64,000 bases of DNA, from the NCBI GenBank assembly GCA_046483495.1, contig JAWODC010000074.1:53052-117051 (forward strand), given 5' to 3'. The stretch is from Desulfobacterales bacterium. GTDB lineage: Bacteria > Desulfobacterota > Desulfobacteria > Desulfobacterales > UBA5616. This document shows, piece after piece, positions 40,038 to 49,292 of this stretch (the stretch's first letter is position 1; every line of letters begins with the position of its first letter). Below the pieces are notes generated by a model, which was given only the letters and a program-made list of their open reading frames with translations, did no database searches and had not been told where the DNA came from. Made by a program: the position numbers and the translations under genes.

Positions 40038-41017
40038 CCGGCCGCTGCGTTCAACCGCTTTAACAGGTCCTTGGCCTCTTCGATGATATCCTCGACAACC
40101 TCGGCGACGGTTTTCAATTCATCGATCAGGCCGACCACCTGACCGGCAGGCAGCATGCTGTGCTCCGGATCTCCGGATACATATGCGGATTTCGTCCGCT
40201 GGCCGGCGACTTTGGCCAATATGTCTTCCAGTGTGGCGCCCTTTTCCTCTATGGCCAGGACCTCTTCGGCCAGTGTATTGCGGATCGTGCGCATGGGGTT
40301 GAAAATCGTTTTCATCAGCAGTGTGGTTTCCTCGGCCTTCGCGTCGATGTATTTCTGCTTCACCGCCTCATGAATGGGGCATTCGCGGGTGACCAGAAAA
40401 CGGCTTCCCAGCAGGACCCCTTCGGCTCCCATGGCCAGTGCCCCGAGAAAACCGGCCCCGTCCGCTATACCCCCCGCCGCGATCACCGGAATCGACAGCC
40501 GTTTCACCGCAAGGGGAAGTGATATAAAAGAGGCCACATCCTGCAGGCCGATATGCCCCCCGGATCCGAACCCCAGGAGGGCGACGGCATCCACTCCCGC
40601 AGCCTCGGCTTTGTGGGCATGGTGCACCGAGGTCATCTTGTGTATGATTTTCACGCCTCCCTCTTTCAAACGGGGAACCAGCGGCGCCGGATTTCTGCCC
40701 GCGGTTTCAACGACCGGAACCTTCTCTTCGCAAATGACATCACACAATCGGTAGGTTCTTTCCTTTAGATCCCCGAGCTCCGGGATCATGGAAATGTTTA
40801 CGCCGAACGGTTTATCCGTGAGGTCCCGAATTTTCCGGATGTCCTCCCTGAGGTCCTCCGGCGTTTCAAAACTTTCCGCCGTAATGAATCCCAAACCGCC
40901 GGCATTGCATGCATAGGCGACGAATTCCGACCGGGTGATCCACTGCATTCCCCCCATTAAAATGGGGTGGGTAATTCCAAGCATTTCCGTCAGCCGCGTC
41001 CTGAAGATTGACTCCAT
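40025..41017 (-). CDS. Nitronate monooxygenase / FabK-like FMN oxidoreductase
   Basis: PILMGGM, GGLG, KPFGVN, GGH, AAGGIADG, GSRF, AGQVVGLI. Confidence 0.9.
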   Translation of the reverse strand: MESIFRTRLTEMLGITHPILMGGMQWITRSEFVAYACNAGGLGFITAESFETPEDLREDIRKIRDLTDKPFGVNISMIPELGDLKERTYRLCDVICEEKVPVVETAGRNPAPLVPRLKEGGVKIIHKMTSVHHAHKAEAAGVDAVALLGFGSGGHIGLQDVASFISLPLAVKRLSIPVIAAGGIADGAGFLGALAMGAEGVLLGSRFLVTRECPIHEAVKQKYIDAKAEETTLLMKTIFNPMRTIRNTLAEEVLAIEEKGATLEDILAKVAGQRTKSAYVSGDPEHSMLPAGQVVGLIDELKTVAEVVEDIIEEAKDLLKRLNAAAGQGA

Positions 41018-41068
41018 ATGTGGTCTCCTTTCATGAAAACGAGTAATCGCCCCACCCGATGTGCTCTT

Positions 41069-42088
41069 TCAAAATCGCCAAGCAATGTTCAGGGAGCCGA
41101 AAAGATCCCCGCTGCTTTGGTCTTCATATTCCTTGGTTCGATAAATTTGGGTGTAGGTCATCTGAAAGCGGCCCCGCTGAACCGCAAAACCGGCTTGAAC
41201 ATCCCCCACCAGCATGTTTTTATCGACGGAAGGGCTGTCGGTGAAGGTGTTTCCGTCCAGAAAGATATTGCGCAGAACCAATCGGGCCTCCGAACCGGCA
41301 AACACATACCAGTTAAAATCGTCCTCGGGCCTGAAAAAACCGCTGCCCGGAAGGCTTGGCCGAATACGGGGCGGGCCGAAATCTTCTTCCAGGTTGGAAC
41401 CGACCCTTACGGTAAATCCAACGGCGCCATAGGTGAATACGTTGCCTAAACCGCCGCCGAAGTGCGGGAGGACATCATATTCCAGCCCGAATATGAGATC
41501 ATGGGCATCGAAACGCCTGGCCTGCTCATAATAGAAGACAACACCGGGTTCATTGTCGAGCTGGTTGTCCCAACCCCTCGGAACCTTTATGCTGAAAAGA
41601 TTGTGCCAACTGGTTTGAACTTCCTCGGCAAACGCATCAGGCCCCACAGTGCCGATTTCGAGATAGACTTTGTCGTACCGCCGGCTTCCCTGGTTTGCGG
41701 CAAGCCCGAAGCCCACGTAGAGCCAACCGGCGTAGGGACGTTCATTCGGCATCAGTTTTCTGGTACGGGTACTTTCCGGCGTATAGATATTCTGACCGAT
41801 GCTGATGCTTGCCCGTGCCTCCAGAGCGCTGCTGTTTTCCGTCCCGGATTTTTCGTACTCGAACCAGGGAAGCTTATTCGCCGCGTCCGAGATCCAATCG
41901 ATGGGACCGGTTACATATTCCAACCGTGTGCCGTGGGTGAAGTTCCGGTCTGTTCCCCCGAAAAGATCGTTTTCAAGCTGCACACTGATGACGCTGCCGT
42001 TTTCAGCTGCCGGGGAATTGTCAGGACAAACGACTGCAGCAGGCATCCACAACAAAATGAGGACGATTTTTATGGCGGTGTGTCGCAT
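41069..42088 (-). CDS. lpxR: Lipid A 3'-O-deacylase LpxR-family outer-membrane protein
   Basis: Signal peptide, END...DRNFTHG, GQNIYTP, RPYAGWL, GWDNQL, NIFLDG, terminal Phe. Confidence 0.85.
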   Translation of the reverse strand: MRHTAIKIVLILLWMPAAVVCPDNSPAAENGSVISVQLENDLFGGTDRNFTHGTRLEYVTGPIDWISDAANKLPWFEYEKSGTENSSALEARASISIGQNIYTPESTRTRKLMPNERPYAGWLYVGFGLAANQGSRRYDKVYLEIGTVGPDAFAEEVQTSWHNLFSIKVPRGWDNQLDNEPGVVFYYEQARRFDAHDLIFGLEYDVLPHFGGGLGNVFTYGAVGFTVRVGSNLEEDFGPPRIRPSLPGSGFFRPEDDFNWYVFAGSEARLVLRNIFLDGNTFTDSPSVDKNMLVGDVQAGFAVQRGRFQMTYTQIYRTKEYEDQSSGDLFGSLNIAWRF

Positions 42089-42288
42089 CAGTCTCGGTAT
42101 CCTGCGTCGATTCCATCGTGGTCAACCATACAACACCGGTCTTGTGCGGTAAAGACAAAAAAGTCGGAAAACCGCCTCGAGAATAGGCGATAAATCCACA
42201 ATCGAGGAGCGGCGATAAAACCGAAAAAGCGTTGGATTCGGAAGATCACGGTTTTCATCCTCCCCAAGGTTACCTTTGCGGCACCGGA

Positions 42289-43101
42289 TTACAGCTCGGC
42301 GGGTTCCACCTCGAGAAGCGAATAGATGTCGTCCCGGCTTGCCGAATAGAGAGCATCCAAAAAAGCCACATAAAAGCTGCCCGGCTTGTCGTGGAACTTG
42401 ACGGCGAGATCACCGCACAAGCCGTAGTACGCGAAAGCCGCGGCGGCGGCAATTGCCCGTCTTTTTTCTTCGGCCGCCGCGCAAAATGCCGCGGTTACGG
42501 CGCTCAAACCGCAGCCGATGCCTGTCACGCGCGCCATCAGCGCCTGGCCGTTTCTGATCCGGATCATTTTTTCGCCGTCCGTGACAAGGTCTTCTCTACC
42601 CGAAACGCCGACGATGCAGTCATAGTCAGCCGCAATTCGTCGGGCCGTTTCAGCAATTTCTTCCGACATGGAAATGGAGGAATCCACGCCGCGTGTTTTA
42701 ACGCCGGATGAAGTCAGCGAAAAGATTTCGGAAGCATTTCCCCGTATGACCGATACGCTCACCTCATTCAATATTCGGCTGACCACCTGTTTTCGGTAAA
42801 GGGTGGCACCGGCGCCCACAGGATCCAGCACCACTGGTATGTTCGTTTGATTGGCGATCTTCGCCGCCCGGATCATCGACGGGACCCATTCTTCCTCGAT
42901 CGTTCCGATGTTCAGGACAAGCCCGTCGGCCATACCGGTCATTTCATCGATTTCAGCGAGGCTGTGTGCCATGACCGGTGCAGCCCCCAAAGCCAGAAGA
43001 ATATTGGCCGAAGAGTTCATCACGACATAGTTGGTGATGTTGTGTATCAGCGGCGAGGTTTCACGAATCCGGTTCAACAGTTTCCAGGTATATGCCCTCA
43101 T
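42289..43101 (-). CDS. thiM: Hydroxyethylthiazole kinase
   Basis: PLIHNITNYV, NIGT, LDPVGAGAT, IRGNASEI, VTGIGC. Confidence 0.95.
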   Translation of the reverse strand: MRAYTWKLLNRIRETSPLIHNITNYVVMNSSANILLALGAAPVMAHSLAEIDEMTGMADGLVLNIGTIEEEWVPSMIRAAKIANQTNIPVVLDPVGAGATLYRKQVVSRILNEVSVSVIRGNASEIFSLTSSGVKTRGVDSSISMSEEIAETARRIAADYDCIVGVSGREDLVTDGEKMIRIRNGQALMARVTGIGCGLSAVTAAFCAAAEEKRRAIAAAAAFAYYGLCGDLAVKFHDKPGSFYVAFLDALYSASRDDIYSLLEVEPAEL

Positions 43102-43264
43102 TTCTTTTTTCCCTCAGAAGTAATTAATAGAGAATGTATGAAAAAAAGCAGGAGAAGTCAAACAGGTATTCGCCCGCCTGGTCCGCCGGATTTTCCTTGA
43201 CTTTTCATACGATTCTTTATATGGGTTTTTCAAACGATTGAATACGCGGGTTATGAACTAGGCC

Positions 43265-43300
43265 AAGCCACCCAGACTCCGTTTGGGCGGCTTTTTTATT
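43265..43300 (+). terminator. Intrinsic terminator-like hairpin in the pabA leader
   Basis: AAGCCACCCAGAC-TCC-GTTTGGGCGGCTT followed by TTTTATT. Confidence 0.7.
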
Positions 43301-43420
43301 GTGTTCGAAAAAGCATACGGCATCGACGCTGTACTCTCCGGTGCAACCCTGGACTTGCCCGGTCCGGCATGCGCGCCATGTCCACGGTGCGCCCGGGCTG
43401 AGCGTTCATTAAAATGTGCG

Positions 43421-43990
43421 ATGAAAAAACTGCTGGTCATCGATAATTACGACAGCTTTACTTACAACCTGGTTCAATTGTTTATGCGCTGTCCGGTCAC
43501 CATCGATGTGCATCGGAGCGATACGATTTCGATACCGGCTGTAGAAACGAAACGGCCGGATTATATACTGATCAGTCCCGGTCCCAGGGACCCGGCCCAT
43601 GCCGGCATATCCGTGGCATTGGTGCAGCGATTTTTCGACAGGATTCCGATACTGGGCGTTTGCCTGGGTATGCAGTGCATCAACGAGGCGTTCGGCGGAA
43701 CGACGATTCGTTCGCCGTTGCCCGTTCACGGCAAAACCAGCATGGTCAGCCACACGGGCCGCGGCCTGTTTGCCGGAATGCCATCCCCGTTTACGGCGGC
43801 CAGGTACCACTCCCTCATGACCCGATTGGACAGCAGCGGCGGTTTGGAGGTCACCTCCGTCAGTGAAGACGGGGTAATCATGGGGCTGTCCCATTTTCGG
43901 TATCCGGTCCACGGAGTCCAGTTTCATCCGGAAAGTTTCATGACGGAGCATGGTTTTCTGCTTGTCCAGAATTTTTTGAACCCGGGATAA
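43421..43990 (+). CDS. pabA: Aminodeoxychorismate/anthranilate synthase component II (glutamine amidotransferase)
   Basis: IDNYDSFTYNL, SPGP, GVCLGMQ, RYHSL, QFHPES; lies next to pabB. Confidence 0.9.
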   Translation: MKKLLVIDNYDSFTYNLVQLFMRCPVTIDVHRSDTISIPAVETKRPDYILISPGPRDPAHAGISVALVQRFFDRIPILGVCLGMQCINEAFGGTTIRSPLPVHGKTSMVSHTGRGLFAGMPSPFTAARYHSLMTRLDSSGGLEVTSVSEDGVIMGLSHFRYPVHGVQFHPESFMTEHGFLLVQNFLNPG

Positions 43991-44012
43991 CGGCCGGTAA
44001 GGATACGTTACA

Positions 44013-46262
44013 ATGAACCGGATCCATGCCGCTTTCGGCAAAATAATCGGACTTCATACAGAGCCGGTGGTCCTGCGTGAACCCTTCGAAGATTTCGCAG
44101 AACGGTTCGCCGACTTGCCCGGCACGGTGATTCTTCTGAGCGGCGGGGATCTCGACAGTGCCCGATACCATATCATGGGGGTGCGGCCGTGGCTGACGTT
44201 CAGCGCCGGTCCCCGCAACAGCAGGGTATACAACACCGACGTCGCGTTGGCCTTCGAGGGCAATCCCCTTAGTGCCTTAAAGCGGATACTGAACGCCTGT
44301 ATGCCGGCGACGGCGTGCATACCGCAAGAGCATCGCTTGGTCCCCATCGCATCCGGCCTGATGGGATATGTTTCCTATGATGCAAAGGATTTCATCGAAA
44401 AACTGCCAAGAACCTGTATCGACAGGTCCGGTTTGCCTTCCATACTGCTGTTTGCCCCATCCATTCTGGTCGTTCATGATAAGCAGGAGAAAACCACGCG
44501 GCTTTTCATGCCGCAAACCGACAGGACAACACCAAACAGCTTCGATGAAAACCTGGATTTTTTTCATCGGCGCAAATCCTGCACTCGAGAATCGGATGCC
44601 CGGCGGGTTTTTGCCCGGGGGTTGACGTCCAATTGTAAACGGGAAAACTATCTCGAGGCGGTAGGAAAGGTTAAAGAATACATCGCTTCGGGGGATGTCT
44701 ATCAGGTCAACCTGTCCCAGCGATTCGAAGCGGACGTCTCCGGTGATCCCTATGTTCTGTTCAAGACCTATTATGCCATGAATCCGGCCCCGTTTTACGC
44801 GTATATTCATGCCGGAGACCACCACGTCGTTTCCACGTCTCCTGAGCGGTTTATTCTCAGACGGAAAAACCGAATCGAGACCCGCCCCATCAAGGGAACC
44901 CGGCCGAGGGGTCGGACACCGGCGGAAGATCAACGATTGCGCAGCGAGCTTTTCGGCAGCAAAAAAGACGATGCGGAGCTTTCCATGATCGTCGATCTGC
45001 TGCGAAACGATATCGGAAAGGTGTGCACCGCCGGTTCGGTCAACGTCGCCGCCCACAAACGGATTGAGGCGTACCAAAACGTTTATCACCTGGTATCGGT
45101 TGTGGAGGGGAAACTTGACAGTGCCGTTGACGCCGTGGATATTATCCGCGCCGTATTTCCCGGGGGATCGATCACCGGCTGCCCCAAGATCAGGGCCATG
45201 GAAATCATCGACGAATTGGAAACGGCGGTTCGGCATGTCTACACGGGAGCCATCGGTTACATCAGCTTTCATGAGACCATGGACCTTTCCATCGCCATTC
45301 GGACGGCCGTGATTCAGAACGGAAAGATGGTCTTCTCCGTGGGCGGCGGAATCGTGTTCGATTCAGATCCGGAAGATGAATTCGAAGAGACCCTCCATAA
45401 GGGTCGGACATTGATGACGGTCCTGGACGCCGAAAACCCGGTGCCGAACAGGTCGGAGACAGCATGGCTGAACGGGGCCCTTGTCGGGCTCGATCAAGCC
45501 TGTATTCCCATAAGCGAGCCCGGGTTCCAGTATGGACTGGGCTTTTTTGAAACGATTCGTGCCGTGTGCGGAAAGGCGCAAAACCTCTCATCGCACATCG
45601 AGCGGTTCAATGCCGCATGGCGCCGATTCCTTCCGGGAGAACCGCCTGATCCGACCTGGAGCGATATCATCAGGCAGGTTCTCTTTGCCAATCATCTGGA
45701 AAATACCACCGCAGCCGTAAAAATCATCGCTGCCGGCGGAGCCCGGGAAAATCCGCCGTTCACCCACACCCTGGCGGTTACGGCAAAAGCGTACCGGCAC
45801 CGCCTCGAAGGGAAAAAAGATCCCGGTATTCATCTGGTCACCTACCCGCATCGCCGGCACACCCCCCTTGCCGACTTCAAGACATTGAACTACCTCTTTT
45901 ATTTTCAGGCGGGAAAATGGGCCGATGCACAGGGCGGAGATGAAGCGTTGATTCTTAACTGCGACGGCACCGTATCGGAAACGAACACCGCCAACCTCAT
46001 GGTGATCGAGCATTGTCGGGTCATTCTTCCCGCATCCCCCCATGTTCTTCCCGGGACACAACAAAAAATCGTCTGCGATTTCCTTTCAGACCGGGGATAC
46101 ACCATCGAGCATCGGGCGATCGTTCCCGAACATCTGTTTTCAGGTGACGATGTGCTGGTGACGAACGCCCTGATCGGGGCCGCACCGGTGCTTTCCGTCG
46201 ATCGTAAAAAGCTTGCCCCGCCCACCGATTTGTGGAAAGACATCAATCACCATCTTCTGTAG
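44013..46262 (+). CDS. pabB: Aminodeoxychorismate synthase component I fused to ADC lyase (PabB-PabC)
   Basis: YQVNLS, SPERF, PIKGT, MIVDLLRNDIG, PGGSITGCPK; C-terminal class IV PLP domain FETIR, HIERF, KTLNY, LPGT. Confidence 0.92.
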   Translation: MNRIHAAFGKIIGLHTEPVVLREPFEDFAERFADLPGTVILLSGGDLDSARYHIMGVRPWLTFSAGPRNSRVYNTDVALAFEGNPLSALKRILNACMPATACIPQEHRLVPIASGLMGYVSYDAKDFIEKLPRTCIDRSGLPSILLFAPSILVVHDKQEKTTRLFMPQTDRTTPNSFDENLDFFHRRKSCTRESDARRVFARGLTSNCKRENYLEAVGKVKEYIASGDVYQVNLSQRFEADVSGDPYVLFKTYYAMNPAPFYAYIHAGDHHVVSTSPERFILRRKNRIETRPIKGTRPRGRTPAEDQRLRSELFGSKKDDAELSMIVDLLRNDIGKVCTAGSVNVAAHKRIEAYQNVYHLVSVVEGKLDSAVDAVDIIRAVFPGGSITGCPKIRAMEIIDELETAVRHVYTGAIGYISFHETMDLSIAIRTAVIQNGKMVFSVGGGIVFDSDPEDEFEETLHKGRTLMTVLDAENPVPNRSETAWLNGALVGLDQACIPISEPGFQYGLGFFETIRAVCGKAQNLSSHIERFNAAWRRFLPGEPPDPTWSDIIRQVLFANHLENTTAAVKIIAAGGARENPPFTHTLAVTAKAYRHRLEGKKDPGIHLVTYPHRRHTPLADFKTLNYLFYFQAGKWADAQGGDEALILNCDGTVSETNTANLMVIEHCRVILPASPHVLPGTQQKIVCDFLSDRGYTIEHRAIVPEHLFSGDDVLVTNALIGAAPVLSVDRKKLAPPTDLWKDINHHLL

Positions 46263-46313
46263 AGCGTTTGGAGCGTTTAGATCGTTAGAACCGTCCTAAC
46301 GATCCTAACGACC
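46262..46313. repeat. Inverted 9-mer microrepeat hairpin
   Basis: GAGCGTTTG GAGCGTTTA GATCGTTAG ... CCTAACGAT CCTAACGAC. Confidence 0.7.
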
Positions 46314-46487
46314 CCAATACCACAACCACCAATTTTCAATACGCGTTTTCCCCCATTTACGCGGAGCGGATTTTTCTTCATCATCGGGCTTCATGCGTTG
46401 TTCATCACAGCCTATAGTCGATCAAATGCCGCCACCGAACCGGAAACAGTCAACCATTATCTCAGCAAAAGGAAGGGGGACCCCAAC

Positions 46488-46931
46488 ATGAGAGATAAGG
46501 AATCATTGCACAAACGCGTCCAGGAGGAGATCGATTGCTTTCTTACGACGGATCCGCTCGCCGAAATGGCGGAACTGGCTACCGGAAAAGATTTCGAAGA
46601 AGCCGCGCTGAAGTGGTTGGCCCTGGTCACGCTGCATGGCATCAACATGAACGCCGAGAAGATCACCCTGGAGCAGACGGACGATGATAAGGTCACTGTT
46701 ACAGCAGAGTACCGTCCGACTGAACTGCCGTCCCCCGGTCCGGAGATCGGAAAGAAAATCATCGAATCCGTGCGTGAAATTACACACCTGGAGAAGGATA
46801 AAGACAAAATGACCCTGGCTTTGGGAATAAGAAACAGTGGTATCGATCTTCAGGTCAGCGTTAAACGGAAAGAAGACAAGGAAAAAATTAAACTGAAATT
46901 CCCCCCGATATCCGCTGTCCGAACCGAATGA
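46488..46931 (+). CDS. Hypothetical protein resembling a stand-alone N2 domain of PilB/GspE ATPases
   Basis: 147 aa with strong SD; pattern similarity judged by eye. Confidence 0.75.
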   Translation: MRDKESLHKRVQEEIDCFLTTDPLAEMAELATGKDFEEAALKWLALVTLHGINMNAEKITLEQTDDDKVTVTAEYRPTELPSPGPEIGKKIIESVREITHLEKDKDKMTLALGIRNSGIDLQVSVKRKEDKEKIKLKFPPISAVRTE

Positions 46932-47012
46932 ACATTTAGAAGCCGATCGCATTCATCGCAACACGGCTGCGGGGAATCCAATGTCTCCGCTGCCGATTCA
47001 TGCCCCTGTAGT

Positions 47013-47101
47013 TTCTTTTCCGCACACGGAAGGGCCCTTTGACAGGCCCGACCGGCTGTAATGAATGTCATCCTTCTTTTCCGCACACGGAAGGGCTCTT
47101 T
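47013..47101. repeat. Two 28-nt hairpin direct repeats separated by 33 nt
   Basis: TTCTTTTCCGCACACGGAAGGGC(C/T)CTTT at 47013-47040 and 47074-47101. Confidence 0.85.
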
Positions 47102-47281
47102 TCTTTTTGATTTTTTTGTGCTTAGTATAATAACCGTCCGGTCTGACGAAAGTACGGCTCGATACACCGCACCCGTTTTGTATATAAAATTTTAGATTGA
47201 GAAGTTGTTTCGAATTGGGAATTGCGGCCTTTTCTGAATAATACTGAATGATTCTCGACGCCTGATTGTAATGTATCGGAA

Positions 47282-48079
47282 ATGATGGTCATCCCGTATC
47301 CAAACATTGACCCGACGATTATCGAGATCGGCCCGGTATCGATTCGCTGGTACGGAGTCATGTATGCAGCAGGTTTTTTAGCCGCTTATTACCTTGTCAA
47401 GACGCAGGAGAAAGCCAAAAGACTTGGACTCGAGGGGCCTTTGCTCCAGGACCTGTTTCTCCACCTGGTGATCGGGTTGATTGCCGGTGCGCGTTTCGGG
47501 TATATCTTGTTCTATCAGTTCGGGAATCTCGCCGAGTATGCGCGGCACCCGCTGGAAATCATCGCCGTCTGGCACGGCGGCATGTCCTTTCACGGGGGGC
47601 TGGCAGGGGCAGTGATCGCCGGATTTTTTTTCTGCCGGCGTCGCGGGCTTCCGGCTCTTAATACCGGAGACACCGTTATTGTAGCAGCGCCGATCGGACT
47701 CGGATTGGGGAGGATCGGGAATTTCATCAACGGGGAACTATGGGGCCGCCCGACATCGGTGCCCTGGGCCATGGTGTTTCCCGAAGCCGGTCCCATTCCG
47801 CGCCATCCGTCCCAGCTCTACGAGGCTTTCCTCGAAGGGCTGGTGCTCTTTATCCTGTTATGGCGCCTGAAAGATTATTCCATGAAGCCGGGTGCGATGG
47901 TGTGCTTTTTCCTCGGCGGTTACGGCATTTTTCGATTTATAGCCGAATTTTTCAGGCAGCCCGATCCTCAGATCGGCCTTCTGTTCAATCTGTTTACAAT
48001 CGGCCAGGTCTTTTCCGTTCTGATGATCATCGCCGCGGCGATTTTGTGGCGCTTTCTGCCGTCCGATGATTCCGGGTAA
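47282..48079 (+). CDS. lgt: Prolipoprotein diacylglyceryl transferase
   Basis: IRWYG, GGMSFHGG, GRIGNFINGELWGR, HPSQLYE, FRQPD. Confidence 0.97.
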   Translation: MMVIPYPNIDPTIIEIGPVSIRWYGVMYAAGFLAAYYLVKTQEKAKRLGLEGPLLQDLFLHLVIGLIAGARFGYILFYQFGNLAEYARHPLEIIAVWHGGMSFHGGLAGAVIAGFFFCRRRGLPALNTGDTVIVAAPIGLGLGRIGNFINGELWGRPTSVPWAMVFPEAGPIPRHPSQLYEAFLEGLVLFILLWRLKDYSMKPGAMVCFFLGGYGIFRFIAEFFRQPDPQIGLLFNLFTIGQVFSVLMIIAAAILWRFLPSDDSG

Positions 48080-48242
48080 GGTGAACATTGGGATTCCGAA
48101 GCTGCGGCGACTCTACGCGATTCGAATAAAGCCGATGGAGCCGAATGTTCAGGCATGTGGTACTGCGGGTTTAAAGGGGGCTCTGCGGCCGGCGTGAATC
48201 GAGGCATGTGCACATCATCACGTGTCGGGCCGCTTTGTTTTT

Positions 48243-48749
48243 TCAGGGTTCTCCAACGTGTTTTACGACATGCCCCAGCTCCGGGAAAATCAGCGCTTTG
48301 CAGGCGAGTTTGCAGGCATTCAGACTCCCCGGGATGCAAAAAATCACCGTGGATTGAACAACCCCGGCAACGGCACGGGAAAGGAGAGCGGCCGAATCGA
48401 TTTCTTCCCAGCTCAATTGGGCGAAAATCGGGCCGAAAGCGCTCAACTCCTTGCTCAAAAGAGGTTTTACGGCTTCGATGGTCACGTCCCGGGGGCTTAT
48501 GCCCGTGCCGCCGGTCAGGATCATGACATCCGGTTCTTTCTGGCTGATCGTTGCCGATACGGCCTTTGTGATCGCCGCCTTGTCGTCGGGAATGACTTCA
48601 CGGTGAACGACCTTGTGCCCTTCCTTACGGGCGAGTTCGGCCATCCAGTTTCCGCTCTTGTCATCGGAAAGGGTGCGCGTCGACGAAATGGTTAATATGC
48701 CCAGGGTGACGAGCTTGGGTGCTTGTTTTTTATGATGCCTGGCGCTCAT
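48243..48749 (-). CDS. moaB: Molybdopterin adenylyltransferase MoaB/MogA family
   Basis: DKSG, TGGTGISPRDVTIEA, ALLSRA, IPGS. Confidence 0.9.
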   Translation of the reverse strand: MSARHHKKQAPKLVTLGILTISSTRTLSDDKSGNWMAELARKEGHKVVHREVIPDDKAAITKAVSATISQKEPDVMILTGGTGISPRDVTIEAVKPLLSKELSAFGPIFAQLSWEEIDSAALLSRAVAGVVQSTVIFCIPGSLNACKLACKALIFPELGHVVKHVGEP

Positions 48750-49292
48750 TTACGGCGCTTTCTTCTCGATGACCACTTGGTCGCGTCCATCGTATTCTTT
48801 CAAATAGACATTCACGGTTTCCGTTCGACGGGTCTTGCACAATTCTCCCACATAATCCGCCTGTACGGGGAGTTCGCGATGGCCGCGATCCACCAGGACG
48901 GCCAGTTCAATGCGCCTGGGGCGCCCGAAATCGATGATGGCGTCCATGGCGGCTCGTGTCGTTCGTCCGGTATACAGCACGTCATCCACCAATACGATCT
49001 CCTTGCCGTCGAGGCTGAAAAGAATTTCGGAATCCCTTACCACCGGCCGGGGGCTTTTCAGCGTCCAGTCATCCCGGTAAAGGGTGATATCGATGGTGCC
49101 GGTAGAGACATCGACCCCCTTGAGATCACGAATCGTATCGGCGATTCGTTTGGCGATAAAAACCCCACGGGTTTGTATGCCGATCAAAACGAGGTTTTTC
49201 GCGTTCTCGTGGGATTCGAGGATATCATGCGTCATCCGCTTCAAAATCCGTTCGATATCATTATGATCGAGAAAAGTGACGATTTCGTCCAT
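48750..49292 (-). CDS. pyrR: Pyrimidine regulatory protein / UPRTase PyrR
   Basis: GIQTRG, DITLYRDD, LVDDVLYTGRT, DRGHRELP. Confidence 0.95.
   Translation of the reverse strand: MDEIVTFLDHNDIERILKRMTHDILESHENAKNLVLIGIQTRGVFIAKRIADTIRDLKGVDVSTGTIDITLYRDDWTLKSPRPVVRDSEILFSLDGKEIVLVDDVLYTGRTTRAAMDAIIDFGRPRRIELAVLVDRGHRELPVQADYVGELCKTRRTETVNVYLKEYDGRDQVVIEKKAP

Noticed and set aside
43170..43185. GCCCGCCTGG resembling the 3' part of a ZTP (pfl) riboswitch before folate genes
   Set aside because: The 5' GTGACTGGCG P1 element is absent
43102..43260. TPP riboswitch expected upstream of thiM
   Set aside because: No CTGAGA or ACCTGA...GGGA core on the minus strand
47013..47101. Calling a bona fide CRISPR array
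   Set aside because: Only two clear repeats and no cas genes; kept as a repeat and a finding
47140..47160. CTGACGA-AAG resembling a hammerhead ribozyme core
   Set aside because: No stem II followed by GAAA and no stem III
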